DNA of 64,000 nt from an uncultured delta proteobacterium (GCA_963828255.1 CAWHDZ010000012.1:1-64000), one strand, 5' to 3'; shown: positions 19,607 to 29,519, counted from the first letter of the stretch. Notes: generated by a model from the letters alone, not told the origin. Program-made: numbers and translations.

Positions 19607-20038
19607 TCAGCTCCGGTGCAGGGTGGGCGCCCCGCGCCGCTTCTGCTCCGCCCGCTCGAGGTGGCGGGCCAGCGGCCGGTCGTTCTTATCCATGTGGAAG
19701 CGGAGCCAGGTCTGGAGCCTCCCGCAGGCCCAGTCGAGGACCCGCGGGGTGACGCCGGAGGCGCGGAGCGCCAGGCCCGAGGTGTACAGGTCCTGGAGGA
19801 AGAGGTCGTGCGCCGTCCGGTGGGCAACCCGGTCCGGATAGGAGGTGCGGTCCATCCACTCCTCCTCGTAGGCGAAGTGGAGCGCGGTGGCCTCGACGAG
19901 GCCGTCGAGGATGAGGATGGCCTTGCGGGCCTGCCGCGACCTCATCGCGGCGGCGAGGTCGTCGGCGCGGGTCAGCATGTCGGCGTGCGGGGCGTCGAGT
20001 TCGGGCATTCCCAGAACCGGTCCGTGGACATGGGTCAT
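19607..20038 (-). CDS. Hemerythrin-domain protein
   Basis: DAPH, HFAYEE, HRTAH, HMDKND. Confidence 0.82.
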   Translation of the reverse strand: MTHVHGPVLGMPELDAPHADMLTRADDLAAAMRSRQARKAILILDGLVEATALHFAYEEEWMDRTSYPDRVAHRTAHDLFLQDLYTSGLALRASGVTPRVLDWACGRLQTWLRFHMDKNDRPLARHLERAEQKRRGAPTLHRS

Positions 20039-21657
20039 GTGGTCGCTCCTGCAGCGGTGCGCCGCCGATCCGGTTCCTTCAGGATCGCGGCGATGGTGTT
20101 CTCCTTCAAGACGGCCGAGGCGCAGAGGGCGGCGCCCAGGAGCGCGCCGGTCAGGCCGCTGGTGGCCACGTCGGCGCCGGTGAGGAAGAGGCCGGGCAGG
20201 GGCGCACGGACCGGGATGCTGGCCTCGAAGCGGCGGGGCGTGGCCTCGAGCCCGTAGACCTCGCCGCTGGGGTGGCCGGCGAAGTGGCGGGTGGAGAGCG
20301 GCGTGGAGAGCTCGGCCACCTCGACGCGCCCGCGGATCGAGGGAATGCGCGCCTCCACCACCGCGAGGAGCCGCTGGCGCAGCCCTTCCTTCAGCTCCTC
20401 GTACTCCTGGCCGCGGTGGCCCGGGCGCGTGTCGGCCCAGCGGGCGAAGGGCGCGAAGGGCCCCATGGTGACCGCCTCCAGCGTGGCCTTTCCCGGGAAG
20501 CGGTCGAGGAAGGTGGGGTCCTTGGCCGAGGCGAAGGAGAGGTAGATGACCGGGAACGGCGCCTCCGGGTCCCTCCCGAAGCGCTGGAAGGCCCCGTCGA
20601 GGTCGGCGTCCGGGTACAGCCACTGGTTCGTCCCCGAGAGCCCGAGCTCGGCGGCGGTGCCCCGCAGCCCCAGGTAGAGCGACAGGTGGGCGCAGGAGGG
20701 GCCGATGCCGGTGAGCGCAGGGAAGCGGGACCGCCACTCCTGGGGCACGAGCCGGCCCACCGTGGCCGCCCACCCGGCGTCGCTCACCACCACCGGGGCG
20801 CGGACGATGCGCCCGCCGGCCAGGCGCACCCCGGCGGCGCGCCCGTCCTCGACCACCACCTGCTCGACGTCGGCGGCCACCGCGACGTGCCCTCCCGCCG
20901 CCTCGATGACCGGCAGGATGGTGGCGGCGATGCGGCTCGACCCGCCCACCGGGTAGGCGGCGCCGTGGAGGTAGTGCTCGGCGGCCAGCGCGTGGTTGCC
21001 GAAGCTGGAGAGCGACGGCGGCAGGCCGTAGTCCCCGTACTGCCCGGCCAGCACGGCCCGCAGCACCGGGTCCTTCACGTGGGAGGCGATGACCTCGCCG
21101 GTGGTCCTCCGGGCGTGCCGGAGGAAGCCGCGGCGCATCAGGCCGCCCAGCAGCCCCGCCACCCGGGGAGGCAGGGCCCTGGTCCCGAAGTACGGGCCGG
21201 CGGCGCGGACGCAGGACTTCACCTGCGCCAGGTAGCCCTCGATGCCCTTCCTCTCGGCGGGGAAGGCCGAGGCGAGCCCGTCCACGAACCGGTCCTGGCC
21301 GGCAGCCAGGTCGAACTCCCGGCCGCCCACCACGATCCGGTCGTAGACCTCGGGCATGGCCGCCCAGTCCAGTTCACCGTCCGTGACGTAGTCGAACAGG
21401 CGGCGCAAGGCGCCCCGCCGGCCGACCATCTTGCCGACGTAGTGGACCCCCACGTCCCACTCGAAGCCGTCCCGCTCGAAGGTGTGGGTGAAGCCGCCGG
21501 CCGTGTAGTGGCGCTCGAGGACGAGCACCCGCATCCCGCGCCGGCGCGCCATCAGGGCAGCGGCGCCGAGCCCGCCGATGCCCGAGCCGATCACCACCGC
21601 GTCGAAGGGGCCGTCGACCGGGCTCTGCTTCCAGGAAGTGCCGATGCGTCTGGCCAG
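20035..21657 (-). CDS. FAD-dependent oxidoreductase, phytoene desaturase/retinol saturase family (start uncertain)
   Basis: VIGSGIGGL Rossmann motif, LERHYTAGG, WDVGVHY, YPVGGSS, STPLST, GLFLTGAD. Confidence 0.85.
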   Translation of the reverse strand: MARRIGTSWKQSPVDGPFDAVVIGSGIGGLGAAALMARRRGMRVLVLERHYTAGGFTHTFERDGFEWDVGVHYVGKMVGRRGALRRLFDYVTDGELDWAAMPEVYDRIVVGGREFDLAAGQDRFVDGLASAFPAERKGIEGYLAQVKSCVRAAGPYFGTRALPPRVAGLLGGLMRRGFLRHARRTTGEVIASHVKDPVLRAVLAGQYGDYGLPPSLSSFGNHALAAEHYLHGAAYPVGGSSRIAATILPVIEAAGGHVAVAADVEQVVVEDGRAAGVRLAGGRIVRAPVVVSDAGWAATVGRLVPQEWRSRFPALTGIGPSCAHLSLYLGLRGTAAELGLSGTNQWLYPDADLDGAFQRFGRDPEAPFPVIYLSFASAKDPTFLDRFPGKATLEAVTMGPFAPFARWADTRPGHRGQEYEELKEGLRQRLLAVVEARIPSIRGRVEVAELSTPLSTRHFAGHPSGEVYGLEATPRRFEASIPVRAPLPGLFLTGADVATSGLTGALLGAALCASAVLKENTIAAILKEPDRRRTAAGATT

Positions 21658-21859
21658 GGTTCGCGCTCCGGGGCCGAAGCCTATTGAATTCCGCGGGGGA
21701 TCGGCGCCAATTCGCCCTGACTCTGTCGGGGGACGCCCCAAAGGGCCATCCTGGCCCGACGCGCCCGTCCGATCCGCCCTCCGACGCTGTCCTCTGTAAC
21801 GTGACCAAGGCTCTCGAGAACGTGGGCGACAGGGGCGGCTGCACCGGGGAGCGGGGCAC

Positions 21860-22353
21860 GGAGACCCTCGATCGGGAGATGTACCTGGCGGCGGTGATGC
21901 GGCTCGCCGCGGTGGACGGGCTGGTCGATTCGGAGGAGCGGGTCATCTCGGAGGTGGCGATCGGCCTGGGGCTGGGACCGGTCGCCGCGGGCTCGGCGCG
22001 CCGCCGGTCCCGCGATCGCGGCGGCCCTCTTCGTGGACGCGGCGCGGATCTACGCGCTCGCGGCGGGCGAAGGGGCTCCGGGAACCGAGGATCGCATGCG
22101 GTGCGCGGCGGCGGCCGCGGGGGTGGACCGGCGCGAGGTGGAGGGATGGGTCGAGGCCTTCCACTTCGTGCAGGTCCTTCGCCTCCAGCACCAGCTCGAG
22201 CAGGGGCGGGGCGGAGAGGCGCCGCACAACCGCATCGACCCCTACGCGCTCAACCCGCTCGAGCAGAAGTTCTTCCGCGAGACGCTTCGGCTGGCGGCCT
22301 CGATCCAGAAGCGGATGGAGCGGGAGTTCTGTCACGAGGTCTCCGGGATCTGA
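21860..22353 (+). pseudogene. Chimeric remnant: TerB-like N-terminal fragment joined out of frame to a DUF294_C-like fragment
   Basis: YLAAVMRLAAVDGLVDSEE in one frame; FVDAARIYALA...EAFHFVQVLRLQHQ...NRIDPYALNPLE in another; nucleotidyltransferase and CBS parts absent. Confidence 0.55.
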
Positions 22354-22379
22354 GGCGTTGAACGATTGGAGGTTGCCCG

Positions 22380-24197
22380 ATGCGCTGCTCGAATCGATCC
22401 ATGCTGCTCGCGGTGGCACTCGTGCTGGCGGCCTGCGGCTCGACTGGCGGGTCCACCGAGTCCCTCGATCTCCAGGCAGGAGCGCCGACGGTTCCGGCCC
22501 CGGGCGCCCTGGACCCGGCGTCGATCATGGGGGTGGAGACCGCGGTCGCCGGCCTGGCGCGGCAGGCGAGCGGCGTTCGCGAGCTTCTCGGAGGCGGGGC
22601 GGACGACACGTTCCGGCTGCTCGGCGAGGCGCGCGCGGCGGCGCAGGCCGACGCGGCCGCGCAGCTCGCGGTGCTTCCGCTGGTACGTGCGGGGACCGCC
22701 GTCCAGTCGGCGGCCGCCTCCTGGGTCGAGGTTCCGATGGCGGTCATGATGGTGACCATGATGACCGGCCAGATCGCGCGCGCCGCCGGCAGGAGCGGGG
22801 GTCAGCCCGCGGCTTTGCCCTCCATCACGAGCACCTCGACCATCAACGGGGTGACGACGAGTCTCGAGTACCACCCCACGGTCGCCGGGTCGAAGGTGGA
22901 GGCCACGGTGCTGTCCACCGTCACCACCATGGCGCCCAACGGAACCACGATCACCGAGACCATCTCGGTGACGCTCGCTTCGGACATCTGCCCGGATCCC
23001 CAGGGAAACGTCCCGCTCCACCTGACCGTTCGCACCCGCAGTTCCGCAGGCACGCGAGGCTACGACTACTTCGTCGACATGAGCGGCATCGCTCGCATCG
23101 GGGAAGACGGCCAGGTCTCCGGATACCACATGGATGGCCGCCTGGAATTCACCCTCGCCCCCGGGAACACCCTCGTGCCAGGAGGCGGCGGCATGTTCGT
23201 CGAGTGGGCCGGGAGCATCGACACCGGCAAGGACACCGCCTTCCGTGTGACGAGGACGTCGCAGAACTTTGACGGCCCGTTTGCGAGGAACACGGGCAAG
23301 GAGCTGCTCGGGCTTGCGCATCTGTACGTGTCCTCGGTCCTCTTGGGCGAGGGGGACCTGTGGCGGAACGGTTCCTGCGTGGAGATCCTCGCCGAAGGGC
23401 TGAAGGCGCCTTACAAGGAGTCGAACCAGGACACGCTGAACCGGATCGTCCCCGACGGCGAGAGGCCCTTCCTGGTGATGGTTCGCCACAGGTTCGAAGC
23501 GGTCGACCTCGCGGTCCAGGTCGGCGCGGCACTCGAGAGCGGAGGGGCGTCGGTGACTCCCGCCTCCGGCCTGGTTCCGGCGATGTTCGCCTACCGGGCA
23601 GGCCCCGCGGAGGCCCAGGACGCCGTCGTGGCGCTTTCCACCATGTCGAGGAGAGGAGGCGCGAAGCTCCGCGTCGGATTCCAGACGAGTTGCAACCCCG
23701 CACCCGGCATGGTGCGCCCTGGCGGCTCGGCGCTCGCAGCCACGTGCCAGAACGCGTGGGCGGGAACCTCGACCGTGACCCTTGACCAGTTCCCGTCCCT
23801 CAAGAGCAAGGTGACGGCCACGGTGACGTGGATGTACAGCGCCGCCCTGTCGACGCCGGGAACTGCCGTGTACCAGCCGAGCGGAGCCTTCACGGTGGTT
23901 GAACACATCGCCGGCGAAGGCTGTACCGTGGTTCCGGACAGCACGGCGATCGGCCCCACCGACGGGCAACTGGTCGTCTACTACGGCATGGTCGACCCCC
24001 AGGTGAATTTCGGGAACGGCCAGAGTGACGTGATGTCGACGGTGACCTGCCCGGGCAGGGTCCCCTTCTCGGCGCCGGCGTCCTTCCTCTGGTTCCAGGG
24101 GCCCGGCGCGATGAACTCGGACGGCCTCCGGATCACCGGGGCGGGCTCGGACCCGGAAATCGGTACCTCTTGGAGCTACGACTTCTCGCGACAGTGA
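22380..24197 (+). CDS. Large hypothetical lipoprotein
   Basis: Lipobox LAAC-G after a hydrophobic stretch; Thr/Gly-rich beta-type body. Confidence 0.7.
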   Translation: MRCSNRSMLLAVALVLAACGSTGGSTESLDLQAGAPTVPAPGALDPASIMGVETAVAGLARQASGVRELLGGGADDTFRLLGEARAAAQADAAAQLAVLPLVRAGTAVQSAAASWVEVPMAVMMVTMMTGQIARAAGRSGGQPAALPSITSTSTINGVTTSLEYHPTVAGSKVEATVLSTVTTMAPNGTTITETISVTLASDICPDPQGNVPLHLTVRTRSSAGTRGYDYFVDMSGIARIGEDGQVSGYHMDGRLEFTLAPGNTLVPGGGGMFVEWAGSIDTGKDTAFRVTRTSQNFDGPFARNTGKELLGLAHLYVSSVLLGEGDLWRNGSCVEILAEGLKAPYKESNQDTLNRIVPDGERPFLVMVRHRFEAVDLAVQVGAALESGGASVTPASGLVPAMFAYRAGPAEAQDAVVALSTMSRRGGAKLRVGFQTSCNPAPGMVRPGGSALAATCQNAWAGTSTVTLDQFPSLKSKVTATVTWMYSAALSTPGTAVYQPSGAFTVVEHIAGEGCTVVPDSTAIGPTDGQLVVYYGMVDPQVNFGNGQSDVMSTVTCPGRVPFSAPASFLWFQGPGAMNSDGLRITGAGSDPEIGTSWSYDFSRQ

Positions 24198-24248
24198 CGG
24201 AGCGCCCGGCCGATCCCGAGTGGCGCGGGCGTCGCCGGGTTCAAACTC

Positions 24249-24647
24249 TCACGGGTCTCGGACGTGCTTCATCGACACCGAGTTCATGCAGTACCTCATC
24301 CCCGTGGGCGGGGGGCCGTCCGGGAAGACGTGCCCCAGGTGGCCGTCGCAGCGGGCGCAGCGCACCTCGGTGCGGGCCATCCCGTGGGAGCGGTCCACCA
24401 CGTCCACCACCGCGTCGGGCCCCACCGGCTGCGTGAACGACGGCCAGCCGGTCCCCGACTCGAACTTGGTCCCCGACCGGAAGAGCGGGTTTCCGCAGCC
24501 GGCGCAGACGTAAATCCCGGGCTGGTGCGAGCCGACGAAGCAGCCGGTGAAGGGGCGTTCGGTGCCGTGGCGGCGGAGGACGTCGTAGGCCTCGGGGGAG
24601 AGGCGCGCGCGCCATTCCGCGTCGGTGAGGATGAGCTTGTCGGCCAT
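24249..24647 (-). CDS. msrB: Peptide-methionine (R)-S-oxide reductase
   Basis: [39 protein letters not shown]. Confidence 0.96.
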   Translation of the reverse strand: MADKLILTDAEWRARLSPEAYDVLRRHGTERPFTGCFVGSHQPGIYVCAGCGNPLFRSGTKFESGTGWPSFTQPVGPDAVVDVVDRSHGMARTEVRCARCDGHLGHVFPDGPPPTGMRYCMNSVSMKHVRDP

Positions 24648-24696
24648 GGCGCCCTTCTATCCTGCGGGGGGCCGGCGCGCCCGTTAGGCTTCGACC

Positions 24697-25218
24697 ATGT
24701 CCTTGCTGGATTGGCTGGGGATCGCCCCGGCGCGCGCCCGTGACCCCGAGGCCGAGGTCGTCCACCGGATCTCGCAGCAGCTCGACTCGATGGACCCCGC
24801 CGAGGCGCGCCACCTCTCGCTCTTCGCCTTCCTGCTCGCCCGCGTCGCCCACGCCGACCTGGTCGTCCACCCGGCCGAGGTGGCGGAGATGGAGCAGCTC
24901 ACCGCCACCCACGGAGGGCTCACGGCGTCGCAGGCCGCCCTGGTGATGGAGATCGCCCGGGCCACCCAGAAGCTGCTCGGCCCCACCCACAACTTCGTGG
25001 CCATCCGCGAGTTCCGGGAGGAGGCCACGCTCGAGCAGAAGCTCGGGCTCCTCCAGTGCCTCTTCGCGGTGGCGGCCGCCGACGGCGTCGTCACCGGCCC
25101 CGAGGAGGAGGAGATCCGCACCATCTCGCGCGGGCTCTTGCTCGACGACCAGGACTACGTGCGGATCCGGAGCGCCTTCGGCGACAGGCGGTCGGTGCTG
25201 AAGACGATCAAGGCTTGA
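24697..25218 (+). CDS. TerB family (tellurite resistance-like) protein
   Basis: LLARVAHAD...E and LFAVAAADG...EEEEI duplicated motif. Confidence 0.85.
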   Translation: MSLLDWLGIAPARARDPEAEVVHRISQQLDSMDPAEARHLSLFAFLLARVAHADLVVHPAEVAEMEQLTATHGGLTASQAALVMEIARATQKLLGPTHNFVAIREFREEATLEQKLGLLQCLFAVAAADGVVTGPEEEEIRTISRGLLLDDQDYVRIRSAFGDRRSVLKTIKA

Positions 25219-25774
25219 CGGGGAACTCCCGGCAGGCTCCGCCGGTCTCGCAGTAGGAGCAGCTGTTCACGGCCCACACTCCCGGTGGCGCGTCCCTGGG
25301 CTCGACCAGGAAGAGCACGAAGGCCGCTCCCCTGGTCGAGGTGGCCCAGGTCCACTCCAGGACACGGCACGTGAACGTCCCGCTGCCGCCCCGGCCCCCG
25401 CAGGAGGCGATGCGGTCGCTCTCCGGCGTGCCCAGGTACGGGAGCACGGTCCAGGCGTCCGAACCCACCGAGCGGGTGCAGAGCCCGTCCACGTAGTCGA
25501 GCTGCTCCCTGTGGACCGCCGCGAAGGAGGCGTCGGCCCGCGCGCAGGCCTGCTCGCTTCCCCGCAGCGGGACGGGGTGGCAGGCGGACCAGGCCTCGGC
25601 CGCCTCCTTCTCGATGGCGAACCAGCGCTTCACGTTCTCGCAAGGCGTGGCGTCGCTGCAGGAGGCCGATCGGGGCGGGGGAACCCACCGCGAGGGCGGA
25701 AGGGGAGGGGGCGCCGAGGCGCAGGCCAGCGCGAGCAGGGCGGGTGCGACCGCGGCCAGCCGGACGCCCTTCAT
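25208..25774 (-). CDS. Cysteine-rich hypothetical lipoprotein
   Basis: Lipobox LALAC; many Cys residues; overlaps the stop of the upstream HD gene. Confidence 0.6.
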   Translation of the reverse strand: MKGVRLAAVAPALLALACASAPPPLPPSRWVPPPRSASCSDATPCENVKRWFAIEKEAAEAWSACHPVPLRGSEQACARADASFAAVHREQLDYVDGLCTRSVGSDAWTVLPYLGTPESDRIASCGGRGGSGTFTCRVLEWTWATSTRGAAFVLFLVEPRDAPPGVWAVNSCSYCETGGACREFPVKP

Positions 25775-26379
25775 CCGCGTCGCCCTGGGCGGCGCCCGGC
25801 GAGCGCGGCCATCTCGTCCACCGCCACGGCGAGCTCGTCGGCGATGGGGCCCACCCGGCGCTCGCGGAAGACCCTCACGAGCTCCCGGAAGTACCAGGTG
25901 GTCTCGGCCTTCCCGCTGAAGCGATCGAGGGTGCCGGGCCCGTCGGCGCGCAGGTCGGCGACGATGGCCCGGGCGTTGTTCAGCTTGTCGGCGGCGGACA
26001 CCAGCAGGGAGCGGGCGGGCTTGCCGGGCAGGGACGCGATGTACGCCTCCTTGCGAGGGCGCCAGTCCGGCTTCACCTTCTCGAAGGTGTCGGTGCAGTC
26101 CTCCACCATCTTCGCCACGTCCTCGCCGAAGCGCGCGCGGATCCTGGCCAGCCTCGGCCGGCCGCCGTGGTCCTCGGCCGCGTCGTGCAGCAGGGCGGCG
26201 ATGGCCTGGGGCTCGTCGCCGCCGAAGTCGAGCACCGTCCCGGCGGTCCCGAGGAGGTGCGCGGCGTAGGGGACGCCGGGCTTTCCCTTGCGCGCCTGCT
26301 TCCGGTGGAGTTCCAGGGCGTGGAGGAGCGCGTCGTCGAACCGCTTCCCCAGGCGGCGTCTCTTCCTCAGTTTCGCCAT
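25771..26379 (-). CDS. HD-domain hydrolase, SpoT/Mesh1-like small alarmone hydrolase
   Basis: RKGKPGVPYAAH, AALLHDAAED, SAADKLNNAR. Confidence 0.85.
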   Translation of the reverse strand: MAKLRKRRRLGKRFDDALLHALELHRKQARKGKPGVPYAAHLLGTAGTVLDFGGDEPQAIAALLHDAAEDHGGRPRLARIRARFGEDVAKMVEDCTDTFEKVKPDWRPRKEAYIASLPGKPARSLLVSAADKLNNARAIVADLRADGPGTLDRFSGKAETTWYFRELVRVFRERRVGPIADELAVAVDEMAALAGRRPGRRG

Positions 26380-26524
26380 GGCCCCACCCGTACAGGATCC
26401 AGTTGCCGCCTGAGAAGGCGTTTCGTACTGCCGGTTTCCGGTGGGGAAGTACCCCCGGCCGGGCCGCCCCGATTTGGCATTGACCCGGGCTGGATTCCCG
26501 GACAAGAAAAATAGTTTAGACCCC

Positions 26525-27271
26525 ATGATCCTCCCGATCCTCATCGCCGGCCTCGTCTCCGCCCAGGTCCACCCGGGCGAGGTGTCGCACGCCCTGGAGT
26601 CGATCTCCGTGGCGGGAACCTCGGTGGCGCTGCGGAGCGACGAGGGGGACGAGGCCGTGGCCGAGCAGGTGCGCCGGGTCCTTCCACGGGCGGTGAACCT
26701 GGCGACCCGGTGGGGTCCGCTCCCGGCATCGGTGACGCTGACGGTCCACCCCACCCACGCCGGGCTGGAGGCAGCCACGCGCCGGACCGGGAGTCCCTGG
26801 ATGAGGGCCTGGGCGCGCGTCGGCGCCGTCGATCTCCAGTCGCCTCGAACCTGGTCGCGGGGGCGCGCCTCCGACGAGGCGCTCACCCAGATCCTCGCGC
26901 ACGAGCTCACCCACTGCGCCCTCTTCCAGGCCACCGGGCGAGACGGGCGCGCCGGGCGGATCCCGCTCTGGTTCCAGGAGGGGATGGCCAGCGTGGCCGC
27001 CGGCGAGCGGCACGCCGTCGCCCGCGCCGAGGCGGTCGGAGGCCCGGGCCCATTCCTCCGGACCGATCCCGCCGTCGTCTACGGTACGGCCGATTGGGCC
27101 TTCCGCGCGCTCGTCGATCGCTTCGGGGAGGACGGCGTCCGGCGGGTCGTGGCCCGCCTCGGCGAGGGGCACGCCTTCCCGGCCGCATTCCGCGGCGCGC
27201 TGGGCGTGACGCTCGCCGACTTCGAGGGCGACCTGGTGGGCCGCCTCCCGGCGCTGGCCGTCAGGGACTAG
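26525..27271 (+). CDS. Secreted zinc metallopeptidase (clan MA-like)
   Basis: LAHELTH (HExxH) followed by PLWFQEGMA. Confidence 0.75.
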   Translation: MILPILIAGLVSAQVHPGEVSHALESISVAGTSVALRSDEGDEAVAEQVRRVLPRAVNLATRWGPLPASVTLTVHPTHAGLEAATRRTGSPWMRAWARVGAVDLQSPRTWSRGRASDEALTQILAHELTHCALFQATGRDGRAGRIPLWFQEGMASVAAGERHAVARAEAVGGPGPFLRTDPAVVYGTADWAFRALVDRFGEDGVRRVVARLGEGHAFPAAFRGALGVTLADFEGDLVGRLPALAVRD

Positions 27272-27286
27272 ACGGCCGCCTCCCCG

Positions 27287-27553
27287 CTACGGGGAGTTCC
27301 AGATCTCCTCGAGCCACTTCTCGTGGGCCTCGGACTCCTCGACGCTCGCCGGGTCCTCGAGCGCCTGCTGCGGCTCCATGCTGGCCGCCCCCGGCTCGAT
27401 GTCCACGCACGGATCGGAGGGCGTTCCCTCGCACGTCACCTCCGCCGTGTTCCCTCTGTGCTCCCCCTCCTCCTGCGCAAGCACGACGTTGGAGACTCCC
27501 GCGATCCCGAGTGCGAGCCCAGCCGTCACCAGCAGTCGAATTGCCCTCCTCAT
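27287..27553 (-). CDS. Small secreted acidic protein
   Basis: AAGGAG RBS, signal peptide ending VLA-Q, one Cys pair. Confidence 0.6.
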   Translation of the reverse strand: MRRAIRLLVTAGLALGIAGVSNVVLAQEEGEHRGNTAEVTCEGTPSDPCVDIEPGAASMEPQQALEDPASVEESEAHEKWLEEIWNSP

Positions 27554-27779
27554 GGGCGCTCCTTCGTTCCCCTTCAGGGGTGACCGAGGCACCTACGACA
27601 TCCTGTGAAAATGGTGGCCCCACCCTCCCACCCCGGCGAGGGGATTCCGGGGCGGCCGGGGAGGGGCGTCCCGATCGGGGGGCGAGAAGGCCGGCCGGCT
27701 ACACCCAGAGGACGGGTTGACGCTCGACCGCCAGGCCCGGAGGATCGGAGGCGTAGGTCAACCTGCGAAAGGTCACGCC

Positions 27780-28040
27780 ATGAAGCGCATCCTGGTCGCG
27801 GTCGTCCTCTGGGCAGGCCCGGCACTGGCCGCCGACATCCCCGCCCTCTACCAGAAGCACTGCGCCGACTGCCACGGGGCCAGGGGGCAGGGCGGAACCG
27901 CCACACCGGTCATCGCCGGGATGCCGGCCGAAGCCGTGGCCAAGGTGGTGCGCAACCACCCTCCTCCGATGGAAAAGACGGGCATGACCGGCGACGAGGT
28001 CGCGGCCATGGGGAAGTACGTCGCCGGCATGAAGAAGTAG
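27780..28040 (+). CDS. Monoheme class I cytochrome c
   Basis: Signal peptide, CADCH, distal PPM methionine. Confidence 0.88.
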   Translation: MKRILVAVVLWAGPALAADIPALYQKHCADCHGARGQGGTATPVIAGMPAEAVAKVVRNHPPPMEKTGMTGDEVAAMGKYVAGMKK

Positions 28041-28052
28041 CGGGCGCCGTAC

Positions 28053-28514
28053 TCACGGCCTTCGCTCCTTCAAGGTGAGGCAGGCCGCCTCGACCCCGCT
28101 CACGCACGCGAGCTGGGACTCCTTCAGCTGCCGGCAGTCGGCGGTCCTCGCGTACCCGTACCCGGCGGAGAAGGCGAGCGGGATCGCCGAGGCCAGCAGC
28201 ACGCCCCCCGTCACGGCAAGTCCCGTGGTGACACCGCGAGACAGGTCCTGGCCGAAGCACCAGTCGGGAGGCGAACAGGGCGCCACGGGCATGGTTCCCG
28301 AAGCGATGAACGCCACGCCCATGGCCGCCACCAGCGCCCCCGCGACGGTGTCGATCACCGGGGACGCCACCGAGGTCGTGCACGCCACCGGCGGTTCCAA
28401 AGGAACGGGCAACTCGGGAGCCCTGGCCACGAAGATCCAGGAGCAGCCCGCGCCCTCCAGGACCGCGACCGATGCGACGAGTGCGATGCATCGGGATGGA
28501 AGCCGTCGTGGCAT
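28053..28514 (-). CDS. Hypothetical membrane protein/lipoprotein
   Basis: GCSWIFV N-terminus, CTTS..PVIDT, two TM helices, SAGYGY..ADCR. Confidence 0.6.
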   Translation of the reverse strand: MPRRLPSRCIALVASVAVLEGAGCSWIFVARAPELPVPLEPPVACTTSVASPVIDTVAGALVAAMGVAFIASGTMPVAPCSPPDWCFGQDLSRGVTTGLAVTGGVLLASAIPLAFSAGYGYARTADCRQLKESQLACVSGVEAACLTLKERRP

Positions 28515-28767
28515 GGTTCCCCCGCACCCATGGTCGCGAGGAGGTCCACGAGAAGCAAGCCACCGGATGGGCGATGCAGGCTGCGTGTTGCCCAGGTCAA
28601 GGCCCGATCTGGACCGGACGCATCCACACGCCCCCCATCGGTTCGCTCCCCGAGGTCGCCCCATGATCCCCGCGCAAGCCGTGAATGCTGGCACAGCCGG
28701 CAGGCTCCCCTCTTTCACCCTCGGCTTCGCAGCATCGACGCGGGCATCTCGCCCGCAGGGGGGAAGC

Positions 28768-29463
28768 ATGAAGCGTCTGCTCGTGGTGGCGTGCGCGGTG
28801 CTCGGCATTGGAATTCCCGGGCTGGCAATTGGCGGAGTAGAGCCGTCTCCATTCAAGCTCGTGATCAGCAACCGATCCGACGTGGTCGAAGTTGGCTCGC
28901 CGCTCCGCGGGCAGGCTCTGACCGACCTCGTGCTCCACCTCGAGGTCGAGAGCGGCATCTCCGATACCGGGGTCCCGTCGACCCGGATCATCGAGATCCC
29001 GCTTGCCGGTTCGGTCGGTGCGGTCAATGGTGTAGCCGCCGGCCAAACGATCGCGGTCAGCGTCAACCCCGGCTCCGCTGCCAATACCGGCGGCAGAATC
29101 CTGACATGGCGGATCAGGGCCAGGATGGGCATCGGCCCCTCGCCGTTCCGCTTGTACGCCTTGCCCCGGACGACATCGCAAGCAGCGGAACCGGACGTCG
29201 CGCCCCGACTCCCGGCGACGCTCCTCTCACCAGCCTTCGATCTCTACGCCTTTTCGAGTCCGGGCACGCTTGTCGGGAGCGTGACGATGTCGAACGACGA
29301 GATCTACTCGAATTGCCCTGCAGTGGCGCCATGGAAGAGCCACGGGCAGTACGTCCGCTGCGTGGCCCTGCTCATCGGCGACCTCACCAGCCTTGGCGTG
29401 GTGTCCGAGGAGGAGGCCGACGGGGTCGTGTCAGCCGCTGCGAGGTCGGAGGTTGGCAAGTAA
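28768..29463 (+). CDS. Hypothetical secreted protein
   Basis: Signal peptide MKRLLVVACAVLG; two PSPF motifs; C-terminal C..WKSHGQYVRCV module. Confidence 0.65.
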   Translation: MKRLLVVACAVLGIGIPGLAIGGVEPSPFKLVISNRSDVVEVGSPLRGQALTDLVLHLEVESGISDTGVPSTRIIEIPLAGSVGAVNGVAAGQTIAVSVNPGSAANTGGRILTWRIRARMGIGPSPFRLYALPRTTSQAAEPDVAPRLPATLLSPAFDLYAFSSPGTLVGSVTMSNDEIYSNCPAVAPWKSHGQYVRCVALLIGDLTSLGVVSEEEADGVVSAAARSEVGK

Positions 29464-29501
29464 AGAAGAAACCCTGCCGGGTCGCGAGGACCTGGCAGGG
29501 T
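29462..29501 (-). terminator. Intrinsic terminator downstream of the tRNA (possibly bidirectional)
   Basis: 13-bp stem ACCCTGCCGGGTC/GACCTGGCAGGGT with one imperfect pair, flanked by an A-rich tract (U-rich on the minus strand). Confidence 0.75.
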
Positions 29502-29519
29502 CAGATGAAGCGTTCGAGT

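Noticed and set aside
24221..24248. TGGCGCGGGCG…GGGTTCAAAC resembling a tRNA 3'-end (att) duplicate
   Set aside because: Only 7 bp match the tRNA-Arg end, spacing is wrong and no integrase is present.
27750..27780. GGTCAACCTGCGAAAGGTCACGCC, loosely like a c-di-GMP-I riboswitch P2
   Set aside because: Lacks the conserved flanking motifs and second hairpin; runs directly into the start codon.
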